Shown one piece after another: positions 1 to 12,489 of a stretch of DNA of 58,222 nt (position 1 is its first letter; every line of letters starts with the position of its first letter). The DNA is from Hydrurus foetidus. Taxonomy: Eukaryota. A program made the position numbers and the translations under genes. Under the pieces are notes generated by a model. It searched no databases. It was not told where the DNA came from and worked only from the letters and a program-made list of their open reading frames with translations. The DNA lies in the NCBI GenBank assembly GCA_900617105.1, contig UYFQ01000772.1:1-58222 (forward strand). The letters are read 5' to 3'.

Positions 1-790
1 CGGCCAAATAATGCGGGTGAAACGGTTAAAAATCATCACAACAATAAAATAAATTTAATATTTAATTCAACAATTAGTAATTAAGAAACATTTCATTGAG
101 GATTACTAACTGCAAACAAGACACTCAAACAGTAAGAGAAATAAATTTGCGTCATTTTAATGGGATTTACATACACACTCTAAATAAGCCGAAAAAATCA
201 ACCGGAAATACGGCTAAATAAGGCGGGTGAAACGGTTACAAATCATCACAACAATAAAATAAATTTAATATTTAATTCAACAATTAGTAATTAAGAAACA
301 TTTCATTGAGGAGTACTAACTGCAAACAAGACACTCAAACAGTAAAGAGAAATAAATTTGCGTCATTTTAATAGAATTTACATACACTCTAAATAAGCCG
401 TGAAAATCAACCGGAAATACGGCCAAATAATGCGGTTGAAACCGTTACAAATCATCACAACAATAAAATAAATTTAATATTTAATTCAACAATTAGTAAT
501 TAAGAAACATTTCATTGAGGAGTACTAACTGCAAACAAGACACTCAAACAGTAAAGAGAAATAAATTTGCGTCATTTTAATAGGATTTACATACACTCTA
601 AATAAGCCGTGAAAATCAACCGGAAATACGGCCAAATAATGCGGGTGAAACCGTTACAAATCATCACAACAATAAAATAAATTTAATATTTAATTCAACA
701 ATTTGTAATTAAGAAACATTTCATTGAGGAGTACTAACTGCAAACAAGACACTCAAACAGTAAAGAGAAATAAATTTGCGTCATTTTAAC
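1..790. repeat. Tandem array, ~209-210 bp unit, ~3.8 copies visible (runs off the left edge)
   Basis: The unit 'cggccaaataatgcgggtgaaacggtta...aatcaaccggaaata' restarts at about 1, 211, 420 and 629 with only a few substitutions or indels. The last copy is truncated near 790. Confidence 0.95.
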
Positions 791-1120
791 GGGGTTTGAC
801 GGAATACTATTCACCCTTCAGAGATTTATAGTGTTCTTTTTTATCTCAGTTTTCAAAAATAATCAAAGATTCCACAATTCCAAATTATCTTATTATATAT
901 TACAGAAAGATAAAGTGATATAATTCGTCATAAAAAATAATGTACTACTTAATACGCTACCAAGGCATCAAAGAAAAGCTGTGCAAAATATTCAGGTCAA
1001 TGTAGAAGCTACAGTGTAATAAATGATTTTCTTACATCTACCTCAATAATACAATTCAAATTTGAAAATTGTATTGCAATCAATTTAATGAATGGGATGC
1101 GAAAAAATTGAAATTTAGTT

Positions 1121-1577
1121 CTACCTAATGATTCGCCGACCAAATGCTGCCCTGCGATCAACAAGTCCCCCGTCATCAACACGTGCAATAGCACTCCTTG
1201 CTTGTGACCTTGTGAACGACAGCTCGGATGACGCTCGTAGCATCCCTAAGACCATCCTCTCGCCTCGAGCTGGATGGTCTCTAGTGTAGGACTCGATTAG
1301 TACATCCAAAGAATTCTCAGTATGCTCCTCAGTATGAATCTGACAACACATCAGTGATAAAATATAGGCTCAGAAACATACTTTGATCATCAACATCACT
1401 GATGGAATATCGAAAGATCAAAACTTTAGACACCTCATTTGCATGGAGATTTCTCCAGCGCAAGAAAGTCCGTTGGCTTACGCCTAGAAGATTCCCAATA
1501 TCCGTCCACGACAATCCAGCACCACGATGGCTACGGACGAATGCCGCGTCAATCTCAACTCCAGGTCGACCGCGAGG
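1121..1577 (-). mobile_element. N-terminal fragment of an IS3EU-like (eukaryotic integrase-core family) transposase, spliced, lacking the DDE core
   Basis: Exon 1577-1434 reads PRGRPGVEIDAAFVRSHRGAGLSWTDIGNLLGVSQRTFLRWR (GRP plus HTH). A GT-AG intron spans 1433-1340. The next exon reads ...DVLIESYTRDHPARGERMVLGMLRAS...RSQARSAIARVD...RRIIR, matching the 'GERMxxGxLR...RVDP...RRR' segment that precedes the catalytic core in this family. No core is seen downstream. Confidence 0.6.
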
Positions 1578-2169
1578 CTACAATCAATATGATCGGTAAG
1601 AGGTAACATTAGATATTGACTGCTATTAGCAATTCAGGCAGTAATCGACGTCAATGTAAGATACGATCGATGAGCAAGATCAATTTATTTGATGAAAGCA
1701 AATGAAATTCAGAGCCCATACACACCATGATGCCAAGGCCGATGAGATCATCAACTCAGAGCTCGAACAAAAATGCAATTAGAAATTGCGGATAATCGCA
1801 GAAGGTTTACTCGGTAGATTTGAGATGGGTGGTGGAAAATGATGACCTGATGACCTCGAAGTTTGCAGCAGGTCTTCGAAGTGACGGCGAAGTGACACAA
1901 TGATCCATGATCTTCGGAAAAACCGTGAAATTAATATTGTCTGGTTTGGCACGGCATATTTGGGAATAGAACCAAAAAAATTGCAAAAAATAGTTGACGA
2001 TCGATCCGGTAAATAGTTGGCGATAGGTGCGACGCGCTGTTATATGTAATATGTACAATGCTTTCAGCAAACATTCCAATCTCTCAGAAGTCAAATCGGT
2101 GCATACATCGGTTCTAAGAAGTAGAGACGCCCGGAAATTCTCCGCTATTATCGCAGGTCATTTTTCCCA

Positions 2170-3939
2170 ATGAACACTCGCAGCAGTAAACGGGAGAAGA
2201 ATGCTTCTCAAATTCTTAGCAACTACCCAAATTTCGCGAAAATCGCCATGGTTGCGATTTGCACGACATCCGCGTTTAGTCTCAATGGACAGAGTAATGG
2301 TATACTATTCGCGAAAAATAACAGCGTTAAAAAGTCGATTTCCTCGAAAAGTCGGAGTCTATTTAGCTCGATTAAAACGATGGTGAGCGGCAAAAGTAAG
2401 GATTCGCCACGTCCAAAGAATGTTCTAGCACTCGATTTCGATGGTGTCGTCTGCGCGAGTTCCGTCGAATCTAGCTTCTCATCGATTATCGCTGCCGAGA
2501 AATTCTGGCCTGGTATTTGTGAGATTACTACTGTTGTCAACACAGGAGAGGTGGACGACATCGACTCGAGCAGCACGATTTCCTCATATTCATCTCTTTC
2601 AACTGAGGGGAAAAACTCCTTATTTTGTCGTGTCCGCGCAGCTGTGAACGAATTAAGACCTATTGTCGAAACAGGATTCGAAAATATGCTGCTCGTGAGA
2701 ACGATTCTGGAGGAGGTGAAAAATACTGGTTAGTACGTCATCATTTTTCAAAATGCTCTAAACCAACGAAACTTGCCTTGATTTCCGTGGGATATCACGA
2801 ACGCTGAATGGCCCCATCAAAAATGCTACATAACTGCAAATTAAGCCTAACACCATATCTTATTATTGCTTCATTGAAAGGTGACATTGATACAGCCGCT
2901 CTGATGCAGAAATGGTCCCCAGTCTATCGGGACGAATTGATCGCCAAATACGGCACGAGTAAAGAGGAATTGGTTGAGTTTTTTGGGAAGACAAGAGATG
3001 AACTGATTGCCGAGAATACCGATGCGTGGATCAGACTGAACAGGGTGGGTAATACAGCACAAACTAAATTGATCGATTTATTCAACCAACTTCATCATTT
3101 TATCTTGTTCCTAGACCAATTCTCTTCTTCTGCACATTCTTCAAACAGGATGTTTCTCATCGACTTCTTGCGCATGCATATCGCCTTACCACCTTCTCAA
3201 TTTGATGAATTTTATTATTATTTTCTAGATCTACCCGTGTGTGCTGGACTGCCTCGGTGATATTTTACCGAAAAAATTAGAGTTCACGGTTATTACCACA
3301 AAGCAAGAAAGATTTGTGACAGCTATTCTAGAGAGAAATTTGATAACACCGCCTTCAAAAGAAAACATATACGACCTGGAAAATCCGTACGGGGCGAAAA
3401 CGAAGGTTCGTGAATGAAAGATCGTTCAATTTATGCATGTTTAATTAGATTTCATTTACCTTCGCCATCCATATTAGACAGTTTTTTTTACTTATACACC
3501 TCTCTCTGACCTTGCAATTTTTTTCTCCTCATCGCCACCTCTCTCTATCACCTTTTTTTTCTCCCCAACTCTCTCTTTTTCTTTCTTCCTTCCATTCTCT
3601 TCCACCTTCATATCTTTCTTCGGCTTTAATTACATCATCTACATTCAACATCTTATATCATTTTTTGAATTTCATTACTATTAGGTCCTCGCAGCTCTGC
3701 TTGAGAAATACAAAAAAGAAAACTCCAAAAAGGAAACCGTTATACACTTTGTGGAAGACAGATTTGAAACACTACTGCAAGTAATGAATATTCCAGCTCT
3801 GAATAATATTCAATTGTATTTGGTTGATTGGGGATATAATACTCCTTCCCAAAGGGAAGAAGCGCTCAAATTACATCCCAGGATTAAATTAATAAATGGT
3901 GATGAATTTAAGGAATTAGCTGCATCTTTCATACGTTAA
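2170..3939 (+). CDS. HAD-superfamily hydrolase (cyanobacterial/plastid-type family), 4 exons, probably plastid-targeted
   Basis: Exons ~2170-2728, 2881-3044, 3229-3404 and 3685-3939 join in frame via GT-AG. Motifs: LALDFDGVVCAS (DxD), ITTKQERF, FVEDRFETL, LVDWGYNT. The N-terminal hydrophobic stretch is followed by 'TSAFS'. Confidence 0.85.
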
Positions 3940-4824
3940 TAAAATATGTACTGTTTATTGTAAGACATATAATATAGTATAATAAGTTGTAATACATATA
4001 ATTATAAAATTTATTTTAGATGTTCCGTTTAAAATAACTTCTCACAATTTTCATTTTTTATGTGCGAAGCTATTTTCTATTTTTCATCGTTTCCGATTAA
4101 TAACTTTCAGAATTGCAGAAATTCTTGTGAAAAAGTAGTCGAACCAACTTACAATCTTTAACAATGAAATAAGAAAAAGCATAACTTGATAAGAAATAAA
4201 ATCTTTTTTCTCCCTACGATTTTAAAATTTTCGTTATATTTGATTCTTAGATTTTGCTTGAAATTTTTTCATAACTAAACCGTATTCGTAAGCGACTGTA
4301 AATAATCTGTAACTTTTTTAAAGATTTTATCGCGTAACGGAAATGGCACCAAATTTGTTTTCGTTGTGTGTACAGATGGATGAGGGGAGTAGTGACGATT
4401 TGATGGAGTGTTCAGTAGATGGGCGTGTAGAAGAAGTGGGACCGGTCCATATCCCCTCGCTTTCCGCACCCACAACTACCCTAAGAGAGGGTGGATGAGG
4501 ACTCGCCCCTTATCCTTATATATCCCTTTGAGCTCATAGAGGGAGTAAGAAAAGCAGTGAAGAGAAGAGAAGAGTGGGGGAAATTAGTTCCAGAGCTGTT
4601 GTGCAATATGTTCGGGAGGCCCACACGCAATACTTCACCTTCCGTATAAAAAATCTCGGAAGATCCAAAGCGATATTCGGTTTTCCTATTCCCTCCAATT
4701 ACCAGTGGGAAACAGCACGGCCGGGGCCAGTGACACTTCGAAAAAGAAAATAAGTACGACGTGTGCGTATAAACGTTTTTTAACCATTAAGTATAGTGTA
4801 AGTAAAAAAATAATGGCATGAGAA

Positions 4825-6609
4825 TCAGACAACTGTTTGTGTGGGGTCCGAATAGGCTTGTCGGACATTGATATTGATCCTAGTAGTCTGTAAGAATCTT
4901 AATATTCTTATTTCCTCTTCGACCAATAAAGGTAAACAACTCTTACACGTTATTTGTAAATTTTGATCTACTTCTGTAGCTTCAGAAAGTTGTACGCTAA
5001 TACACTCATCTTCATTTTCTACACCGTCTACGACATCATCAGCATTGTCTGATCTGGCATCTAATTCAATGCGTTTAGGTCTTTTATTTGATGATAAATT
5101 TGGATCTGAGCAATTTGAATCATCGAAAGAATCAATTGGTGCATTTCGCTTACAACTATGTACTTGCGAATGGTCGACTAAAAAGTCCATTTCAGCACCA
5201 ATTGAGAGATCCCTACGTGTACTACTCGGCATCACAAGTTCTTTTTTACTATTTAAAAAATGAATACAGTCAGATCGATGTATCATGTTCATTCCAGCTG
5301 TATTAGGGTGTAAGTACGAAGGGGGCAGATATTTAGTAAAAACTTTTGGTACCCCATGAACCCGTAGGCGGGATTTACCTCCCATAATAAGAACGTCCCC
5401 TGATTTTAGAATAATTGGTATTGGATCTGAATCTTTGTCGAATCCTCCTAAACGAAGTACGTCATTAGTTATGCCAAATAAATAGTATAGACGATTACAT
5501 CAAGACATATCATAGATAACCACATTAGGTACATCGCACAGAAAGTGCATCTATGTCAATACATAAAGTACTTCTCACCTAATAAGAAAACACAAGGACA
5601 CCCGATTGAAATTGAAATAACCGGATGTTCGTACGTTCGTTCAGCATCATCGATATGACCCCCCATCACCGAACCCTCCTAAGAATACACAGAAGAGAAG
5701 AGAAAAGAAAAAGTTAGGAACAGCAATATTTATTATCTTTAAAGTAAGCTCACAGCTTATTTTGTGCAATACAGAATAGTGAACAGTTGCACGATATAAC
5801 GCACCGGATAGAAATTAACAATAGCTGCGTCTGGCTTCATGGAGAATTTAGATCCCAAAAGGTCTCCTATTTCGCTGCAAATAGCGGCTAATTTAGAGGG
5901 AAAGTGAACGAAATCGTCTTTGACGTATTTCCTCAACGTCCAGTCATATTGATGGCCTATTAAGTGGGAAGGAAATAGCGATAAATGTTCTGGAAGAAAT
6001 AAAAACACCAGACATGCATGAGAGATAACTTCAGAGCAGCATTCGTACCTAAAGTAACCCATCTAATCTTACTGAGGACAGTATCTTTTGGGAGTTTTGG
6101 GTAAGGATCTCCAAGAAGATTATCAATAAGTATGCCTTCTCTAGCCCAAATGTCTTTCATTTGCTATGATTGAGATGTATGATCACTTTAAGTACACTTC
6201 AGGAAGATGCTGTTTCATGTAGATGGCAACCACAACAGCAGAATTCGTTCATTATTACCGATGATATCACAGATTTTTCAGTGTGTCCATGAAGATTTGT
6301 CTTATTCTCCGGTTGCAAACAATCAAAGAGGCAGTGCTGTGCAAGTTCCAATTGCATACTTCGTGAGAACGCATTTGAGATTACGTAAGATCCCTCAAAA
6401 CCAGCGAATGTGAGCAATCTACAGCTACGATTCATGAAATGTATGTTTCCCACGTATTCGTATCCTTCATCTTCGTCAAGGTCGATTGCTTTCCCCTCCA
6501 GAACGGCTGTTTCTGGGGTTGGCATTTTTCTGAACATTTTTTCGTATGCTTTAAATCCAGAAGCCATGTTGAGCCAAAGGTTTTGATTCTGCAATTTACC
6601 TCCGTTCAT
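4825..6609 (-). CDS. ALKBH1: AlkB-family Fe(II)/2OG dioxygenase, ALKBH1-like, 5 exons
   Basis: Motifs across the exons: IRWVTLG|HQYDW, PDAAIVNFYP, MGGHIDDAE (HxD), SISIGCPCVFLLG, SGDVLIMGG..RLRVHGVPK, RININVRQ. Start is at 6609 or 6567. Confidence 0.88.
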
Positions 6610-7372
6610 ATATTCTCATGATAAAACTCCAGAAGCAGTAGCTGTTGATGAGCAGTTGATAGTGATCAAGAGCCGATAATATGATGTCGTTGCGACTGAT
6701 CAGTCATCGATTGGTCACTCCCATCTCCCATCTCGATCACGCATCGTTTCCTCGGACTTCGGACTACAGCGTGCTTCCCGACAGCGGACGGCGGCGTGTT
6801 GTGTGCTCCTTATGCCGAGCGTACTTTTAATTAAAAAAACATCGCAGTCCTATCCATGGATCATGAATCATGAATCATGGTGATCCAATTTTCTGAGATA
6901 TGTTGTGTTTCAAGTGGTGAATTCGGCTGTCCGAAACCAATATGTTGGTTGCCATAATCCCGAATCGTGATATTTGGCGGTGGACTTACTTGACAAAAAT
7001 CATCAACAAAAATCTGCATTACATTTCGAAATGAAATCGAATGCGTAGAAATGACAAGAGCTTACTTTCTAAACGAACCATAATTTCTATCACTGGGGAT
7101 ATTGTTTCCAAAAGACCAAGAGTCGATACGTAGTATGTGCATCTTAGCAGGAGATTAATGGCAGATATCACGATACAAAAAGTATGTATATACATTACTT
7201 ATCGGCCGTTTCAATCTGTTTCTCGCAAGCAGTTTACTCGAATAAGTGGGGAAAAAGTTGTAATCTACTAATTCTATTACTTACCAAAAATGTTTCTTCA
7301 AAAATCAATGTACAAAAAAAAATACGGATAGATACAGCCAAAAATAATAAAAAAATAAAAGTATGAATCGAA

Positions 7373-8950
7373 TCATATGGTATTTTTAGTGGTGACGAGA
7401 TTGGGATGTTGGGAAAGAATTCTATTCGCATGTTTTTCCCACGCGCTAGAAAGAGAATAATCGATGTCAAAAGCTGATGCGATTCCGCGTAGAAGTTGTA
7501 CAGTTCTTACGACAAAATATAAATCGGATGGCATCTTACTAACAGCATTTCGTTTTAACGCATTATCAGGATTAAAGGGATCAATAATATATCCAGGGAC
7601 AATTCTCGTGTCCAACATTGTAACGGCTATATCGGATATGCTTTCAAAATCTGTTGGATTACTCACTTCAACTCCAAGTCGAAACAAAGATGCAACAATA
7701 TCTTTTTGATTGCGTGAATTCATCGCTTGAATCATTAATGAAAAATTTACTGCTAATTCATCCGACACAAATTTTACTTGGCCCCAGTCCAAAAGTCCAA
7801 CTTTTCTTGATTTTTTATCAATGCAAATATTACCCGGATGTGGATCGGCATTGAACATTCGTAATTGAAATATTTGTTCACCCCACGCTTTTGCTAAAAC
7901 CGTTAAAAGATTTTTTCCGTATTGTTTTTGTAACCATTTTGGCATTGCTGATGGTCCGTTTTTATCTTTAAATTCAGCTAGTTTGCAAATATTGTCACCT
8001 TCTATAAATGTCATAATAAGCGCTTTTCTTGTAGAAAATATTGATCTCGGAATGCTCACTTCTCGAACACTATTTGAAAGTCCTTTTCTAACCGTATTCA
8101 TATTTTTTGCTTCTGTTATAAAGTCAAATTCATTCACTATTTGCTTTTGCAATTCTTTAATTGCTGATAATACATCAAATTTTAATTCTGTTCGTTGAAG
8201 GAATTCCGCCAGAAATCTTAAGTTTTTCAAATCGCCAACCATGAGTCTTTCAGCGTTAGGATATTGTATTTTAACAGCACATTTTTCTCCCGTTTCTCGC
8301 CATATTCCCATGTGCACCTGAGCTACTGATGCCGATCCAATGCAAGTGTCCAGATTAAGATCGCTGAAGAACAAGTCTACTGGTCCTCCTAGTTCTCCCT
8401 CCAGAACTTTTCTGACCTCATTTGCTCCAAGTGGTGGAACGCTATCATGCAGCTTGGAAAGTTTTGATGTATAGTTAGGTGGCATGAAATCGTGTCTAGT
8501 TCCGAGAAACTGTCCCGATTTGAGATAGAAACCTCTCAATCCAAGACACAAATTCATCATCCGATTACTGTTTATCTCGTGAACCTCGTCCCACATTTTC
8601 AATCGTTTCTCATTTGCGATGACTACGCCCTCACTCTTGCGCTGCAACGCAGATTTCGTCATCAGCAACTTAGACTTTATTTGTGATAACTTGTAAGAGC
8701 CGTAAATCTGGACAACTTTGCCCCAGAAGTCCAGGTCACGTATAGGCTTTCTTATCATTTGATGAACCCTTCTGGTTTGTTCGGCAATGTATAGGCCTTT
8801 CGGACACACTTTCGTTTTTTCCTGAGAGGTACTTGAGTGAGTTTGAAGACCTCGATATGCTGCAGTATTCACATGTTGGAATTCGCCGTTGTTTGGAATG
8901 AGAAGAGCCAGCAGAACATACGCAAGAAATGGACGCAACATCCAACGCAT
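7373..8950 (-). CDS. ABC1/UbiB-family atypical kinase (ABC1K), single exon
   Basis: 525-aa ORF with FYLKSGQ (KxGQ), IGSASVAQVH, AVKIQYP, EFDFITEA, ADPHPGN and LLDWG. Confidence 0.92.
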   Translation of the reverse strand: MRWMLRPFLAYVLLALLIPNNGEFQHVNTAAYRGLQTHSSTSQEKTKVCPKGLYIAEQTRRVHQMIRKPIRDLDFWGKVVQIYGSYKLSQIKSKLLMTKSALQRKSEGVVIANEKRLKMWDEVHEINSNRMMNLCLGLRGFYLKSGQFLGTRHDFMPPNYTSKLSKLHDSVPPLGANEVRKVLEGELGGPVDLFFSDLNLDTCIGSASVAQVHMGIWRETGEKCAVKIQYPNAERLMVGDLKNLRFLAEFLQRTELKFDVLSAIKELQKQIVNEFDFITEAKNMNTVRKGLSNSVREVSIPRSIFSTRKALIMTFIEGDNICKLAEFKDKNGPSAMPKWLQKQYGKNLLTVLAKAWGEQIFQLRMFNADPHPGNICIDKKSRKVGLLDWGQVKFVSDELAVNFSLMIQAMNSRNQKDIVASLFRLGVEVSNPTDFESISDIAVTMLDTRIVPGYIIDPFNPDNALKRNAVSKMPSDLYFVVRTVQLLRGIASAFDIDYSLSSAWEKHANRILSQHPNLVTTKNTI

Positions 8951-10298
8951 CAGTGTACAAAAGCACCTCCTTTCAAACGAAGCAACTTATCCAGACAAGC
9001 AACCGCAGGGTTTTTTGTCGCGTTTCAACGACCAGAGAGAGAAGTCTTTATCAAAACTGCCCCATATTTTATGATGTGCATCAAACACATCCATCATCAT
9101 TCATCGTCCACCATAGAACACTTACGTTGCTACTGTACGTACGTGTACGGTTCTGTCCGTTTGGTAAATGCTTCCACTATTATGTCATAATGAGTGATCA
9201 CTTTGGCTTCGTTTTCGATATGAGCTTACTACGACGTGAAATCTTGATTTCAGAAGCTAAAACGTTTCGTAATGGTTTGATTTACACGCTCGCAATGAGT
9301 TTGAAAATGGGCACTTTGCAGCACTTCTTGCTTTTGAATATGAATGACTCAACCTACATCTGACAAATCCAGATCCAGGCGGGTCAAACAATATAATGAT
9401 ACTCTGTTACGACATGCCAAAATTTCAGATGATAGGCGTCGAGAGACTTTTTGCAAGAGTGAGTGGTACGAATTTGTTCAGCACTGGTGAACATGGAGTG
9501 AAGCAAAGCAGTCCAGTTTGTTTTTGCATGCATACGAATTATATCATTCCAAGAAGAAATTCGTTCTTTGCTCTGTGGGAAAATTCACGGAATCATCTCA
9601 CTTCGCAATAGGCGAAGTTAGGTCCAGGTTCGAGGCCAATTTGAACTTCAACACATGGCACGATTTTACTCTGTTGTGGCAGCGATTGGCAGGATTCTTC
9701 AAAGTCCTTTTTGCTTCTCAGACTAGGTCACTCCCGACGGTTGGTTGATGCGTAATAGGTGCGACCGATGTTCAGTGGCGCATTTTGAAGAGTTCCGTTC
9801 TCCAAGCAATGCAACATTCAGTTCCCTCAGAACTCTTCGTATTTAATACCATTGACGGTGATTGATGTAAAAGTACGAAAAAAAGGTGAAATGTAGGTAG
9901 GAAAGGAAAGAATGAAATGTATGACATTTAGTGAGGTACAAAAATTATATACTCAAATTTCGGAACTACGCTAACATATTAATTAATGTGTTACTGTGTT
10001 TGAGCGGATGTAGAGTTGGCATCAAATTCAGTACGTCGTTCTATAGTGTGCATCGGAGCTATTTGATAAATACAGAGTGTGATATAGAACCGTGCTTCAC
10101 ACGGTCCAATTCAAAAATTCAATAGTAACATGGATTCAAATAGTACAATCAATTAAAAAGAAAGAAGATTATTACGTATCATTCCAATCATCGTTTCCCA
10201 ACTTTGATTCAAATGTGACTCTCTTCATTCTATATATCTAATGTATCGATTCTAGACGGGAACCCTTCAACTTTAATTCTAGACCCTGGACTTTGATT

Positions 10299-12489
10299 CT
10301 AGACTTTTTGAAGTACGGTACCTCCACCCCCTCCAGGGCCCAGTCCAAATTTATTAAAAAGCCATTTTTTAAATATTTTCCATCCGGTTTTTTTCTTTAC
10401 GATGCTTCGTAACATTTTAATCTTCATGACTATTCTGGACCACGAAGTTGTCAGTGTTATTTCTATCAGCTCCTGCACCTGTTTTATTGGGTCTTTTATA
10501 GGGCTATTTGGATTATCTTCCCCTGAGAGACCCATTGCGGCAGCAGCACCTGCAGCTGCCGCATCCACCTGGCGAATACAATGATGTGTTTAAACAATTA
10601 AACTACTTCGATAATGAATACAGTGAAGTGTTAAGCCAGCTGCATCATTTCAATGACGCACACAATAAATCGATTTACGCAGTTAAATAAGTTAATCACG
10701 GCTACATTGAATAAAATTAATCAGGATTTAAATGTCTTCTAATTTAATTTATTTCACTAATCACATGCGTAAGCGGTATTTGAGAAATAGAAATCTGAAT
10801 TCACAAGATTGAAGGTGGATATAATAGTACGACATCATGCAAGAAAGAAGTTCGTTGAACGAATTCTAATTAGATAGTACGTAAGCACGGAAAGCATGAT
10901 TAATATCTCGCAGAGCGCATATCTATAACAACAGAAACAAGCTATCTTACATAATATCACAAGTACACTTGCTGCCACACTTAGCGTCGCATTCAGTGCA
11001 GCTTCTAGCGTCATATTTAGTGCCAAATTTAGTGGCGCACTTAATGTCACGGTTCAGTGTCATATTGAGTGGTGCATTACGTACGTACCTCGCATCTCGC
11101 CTTGGACACCGACGCAGCAGCAGCGAAGAGAGCGGCCCCTGAGGGAAACAGCAGAGCCACTAAAGCCTGCAACTCAATAGTGCTCACTAGAGGAAGTAAC
11201 TCAACGGCAGCTGCACTGGCAGCTGCGCACAATCCTGCAAGAGCTGATGTGAATGGCAAAATGGCACCTGCTCTGGATCCCTGATTGGCATATGTGTCAG
11301 ACACGGCAGCTGACCTTGCTTTAAACGCAACAGCGTCCACAGCAATTGCCAAAGAATATTCCGCAATTGAGAGATAATACGCTGCTTGTGCTGCAGCCAA
11401 AGCAGCGCAAATTATTGTTTTTACGGATAGGGGTCCGGGAAAAAATGCTGCTATCAATGGAGCGGGTGCTACGCCAAGTGCAAACCATTTCCACTTCTGG
11501 GATGTTCTGCCTGCATTAGCTTCCACCTGTTCTGTCGCTGACATCCATGTTCTGCCCACAGAACTTGATGATGCGAATCTTCTATTTCCCACACCAATAG
11601 CTCTCGATGCGAGGCCTTGAGATTCCTGAGTTGCTAGCCCCGCAATCGCTGCAGCCAACACGGCTATGAGGGGACAAATAAAGTACACCTCTGTGATGAA
11701 TTGCACGCTAAAATTGAGGCTGAGTTCTTTGATGAGTGTGGGGGCAAGCAGAGCGAATGCTGATGCTGTTGTTGCGATTCCTACGCACAGTGGTAGAACA
11801 GCTTTCGTTCTTTCTGCCGCTGCTAAGAGAGCTTCTGCTTCTGCTGCCGCTTGAATGGCTAGAGCAGCGAATTCCTTCCCATTACTAACAGCTACTTTCC
11901 CAATATATTCTGCTGATATTCCCACGCTTGCAGAGAGGGCAGCCAATGAGGGCACTAAAACTTCCACTACTTTGATGCTCAGTATAAACGGTGATAATGC
12001 GGATAACGACACGGTTGTTATCAGTACTGCGAGCTCTAAAGTTGACAGTTGTGGCGTTCTACTCGCGACATCATCAAGAAATTTCATGTCTTTTCTCATC
12101 TTTTGTAACGCTGCAGCAACAGGTATGGATAGTTTCGTATTGTTCGTCTCTGCAGTAGATCCCGTGCTAACAACCCTCGCCATGTTCTTGACAAAATCTA
12201 GTGACCAGTCACCAGCCGCAAACCCCTTGTCAGCGGGTTCCACAATTGGAATCGGTACTGGGTTTAATGATGCCCTAAATTCTCCAAGGTCGATAATAAC
12301 ATTTGACAGTGATTTTTTCAGATTTAAGGCTGTAGAAGTCGAGGAACCACGAACATTTTGCAGATTGTTGCTTAAGATATGATAGCATTTGCGAGTCCCC
12401 ATACTGGTTGCGCAATGATTGACAAGTTCGTAAGAATGAACCCAGGATAAAAGAAGAACAAACCAGAACGCAGGATGGGCGTGCCTCAT
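10299..12489 (-). CDS. Ala-rich multi-pass membrane protein of unknown function, 2 exons, N-terminal signal peptide
   Basis: A long hydrophobic ORF (12489-11089) joins exon 10568-10299 in frame via GT-AG intron 11088-10569 (ARCE|VDAAAAG). About 8-10 hydrophobic segments. Confidence 0.75.
10975..11080. repeat. Degenerate ~12-bp tandem repeat in an intron
   Basis: ttagcgtcgcat/tcagtgcagctt/ctagcgtcatat/ttagtgccaaat/ttagtggcgcac/ttaatgtcacgg...: about 8 diverged units. Confidence 0.6.

Noticed and set aside
1..790. Tandem array as a CRISPR-like array
   Set aside because: Whole 210-bp units are near-identical, with no unique spacers and no cas genes, in a eukaryotic context.
8837..9748. Cluster of short + strand ORFs
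   Set aside because: No recognisable motifs or consistent exon structure; probably promoter or intergenic sequence.
10835..11050. 71-aa ORF with LNxxL periodicity
   Set aside because: Arises from the degenerate 12-bp repeat inside an intron.
11855..12382. Long antisense ORFs (also 22464-23246, 26667-27056, 51591-52016, 55322-55864)
   Set aside because: In-register shadows of real genes on the opposite strand, with no motifs of their own.
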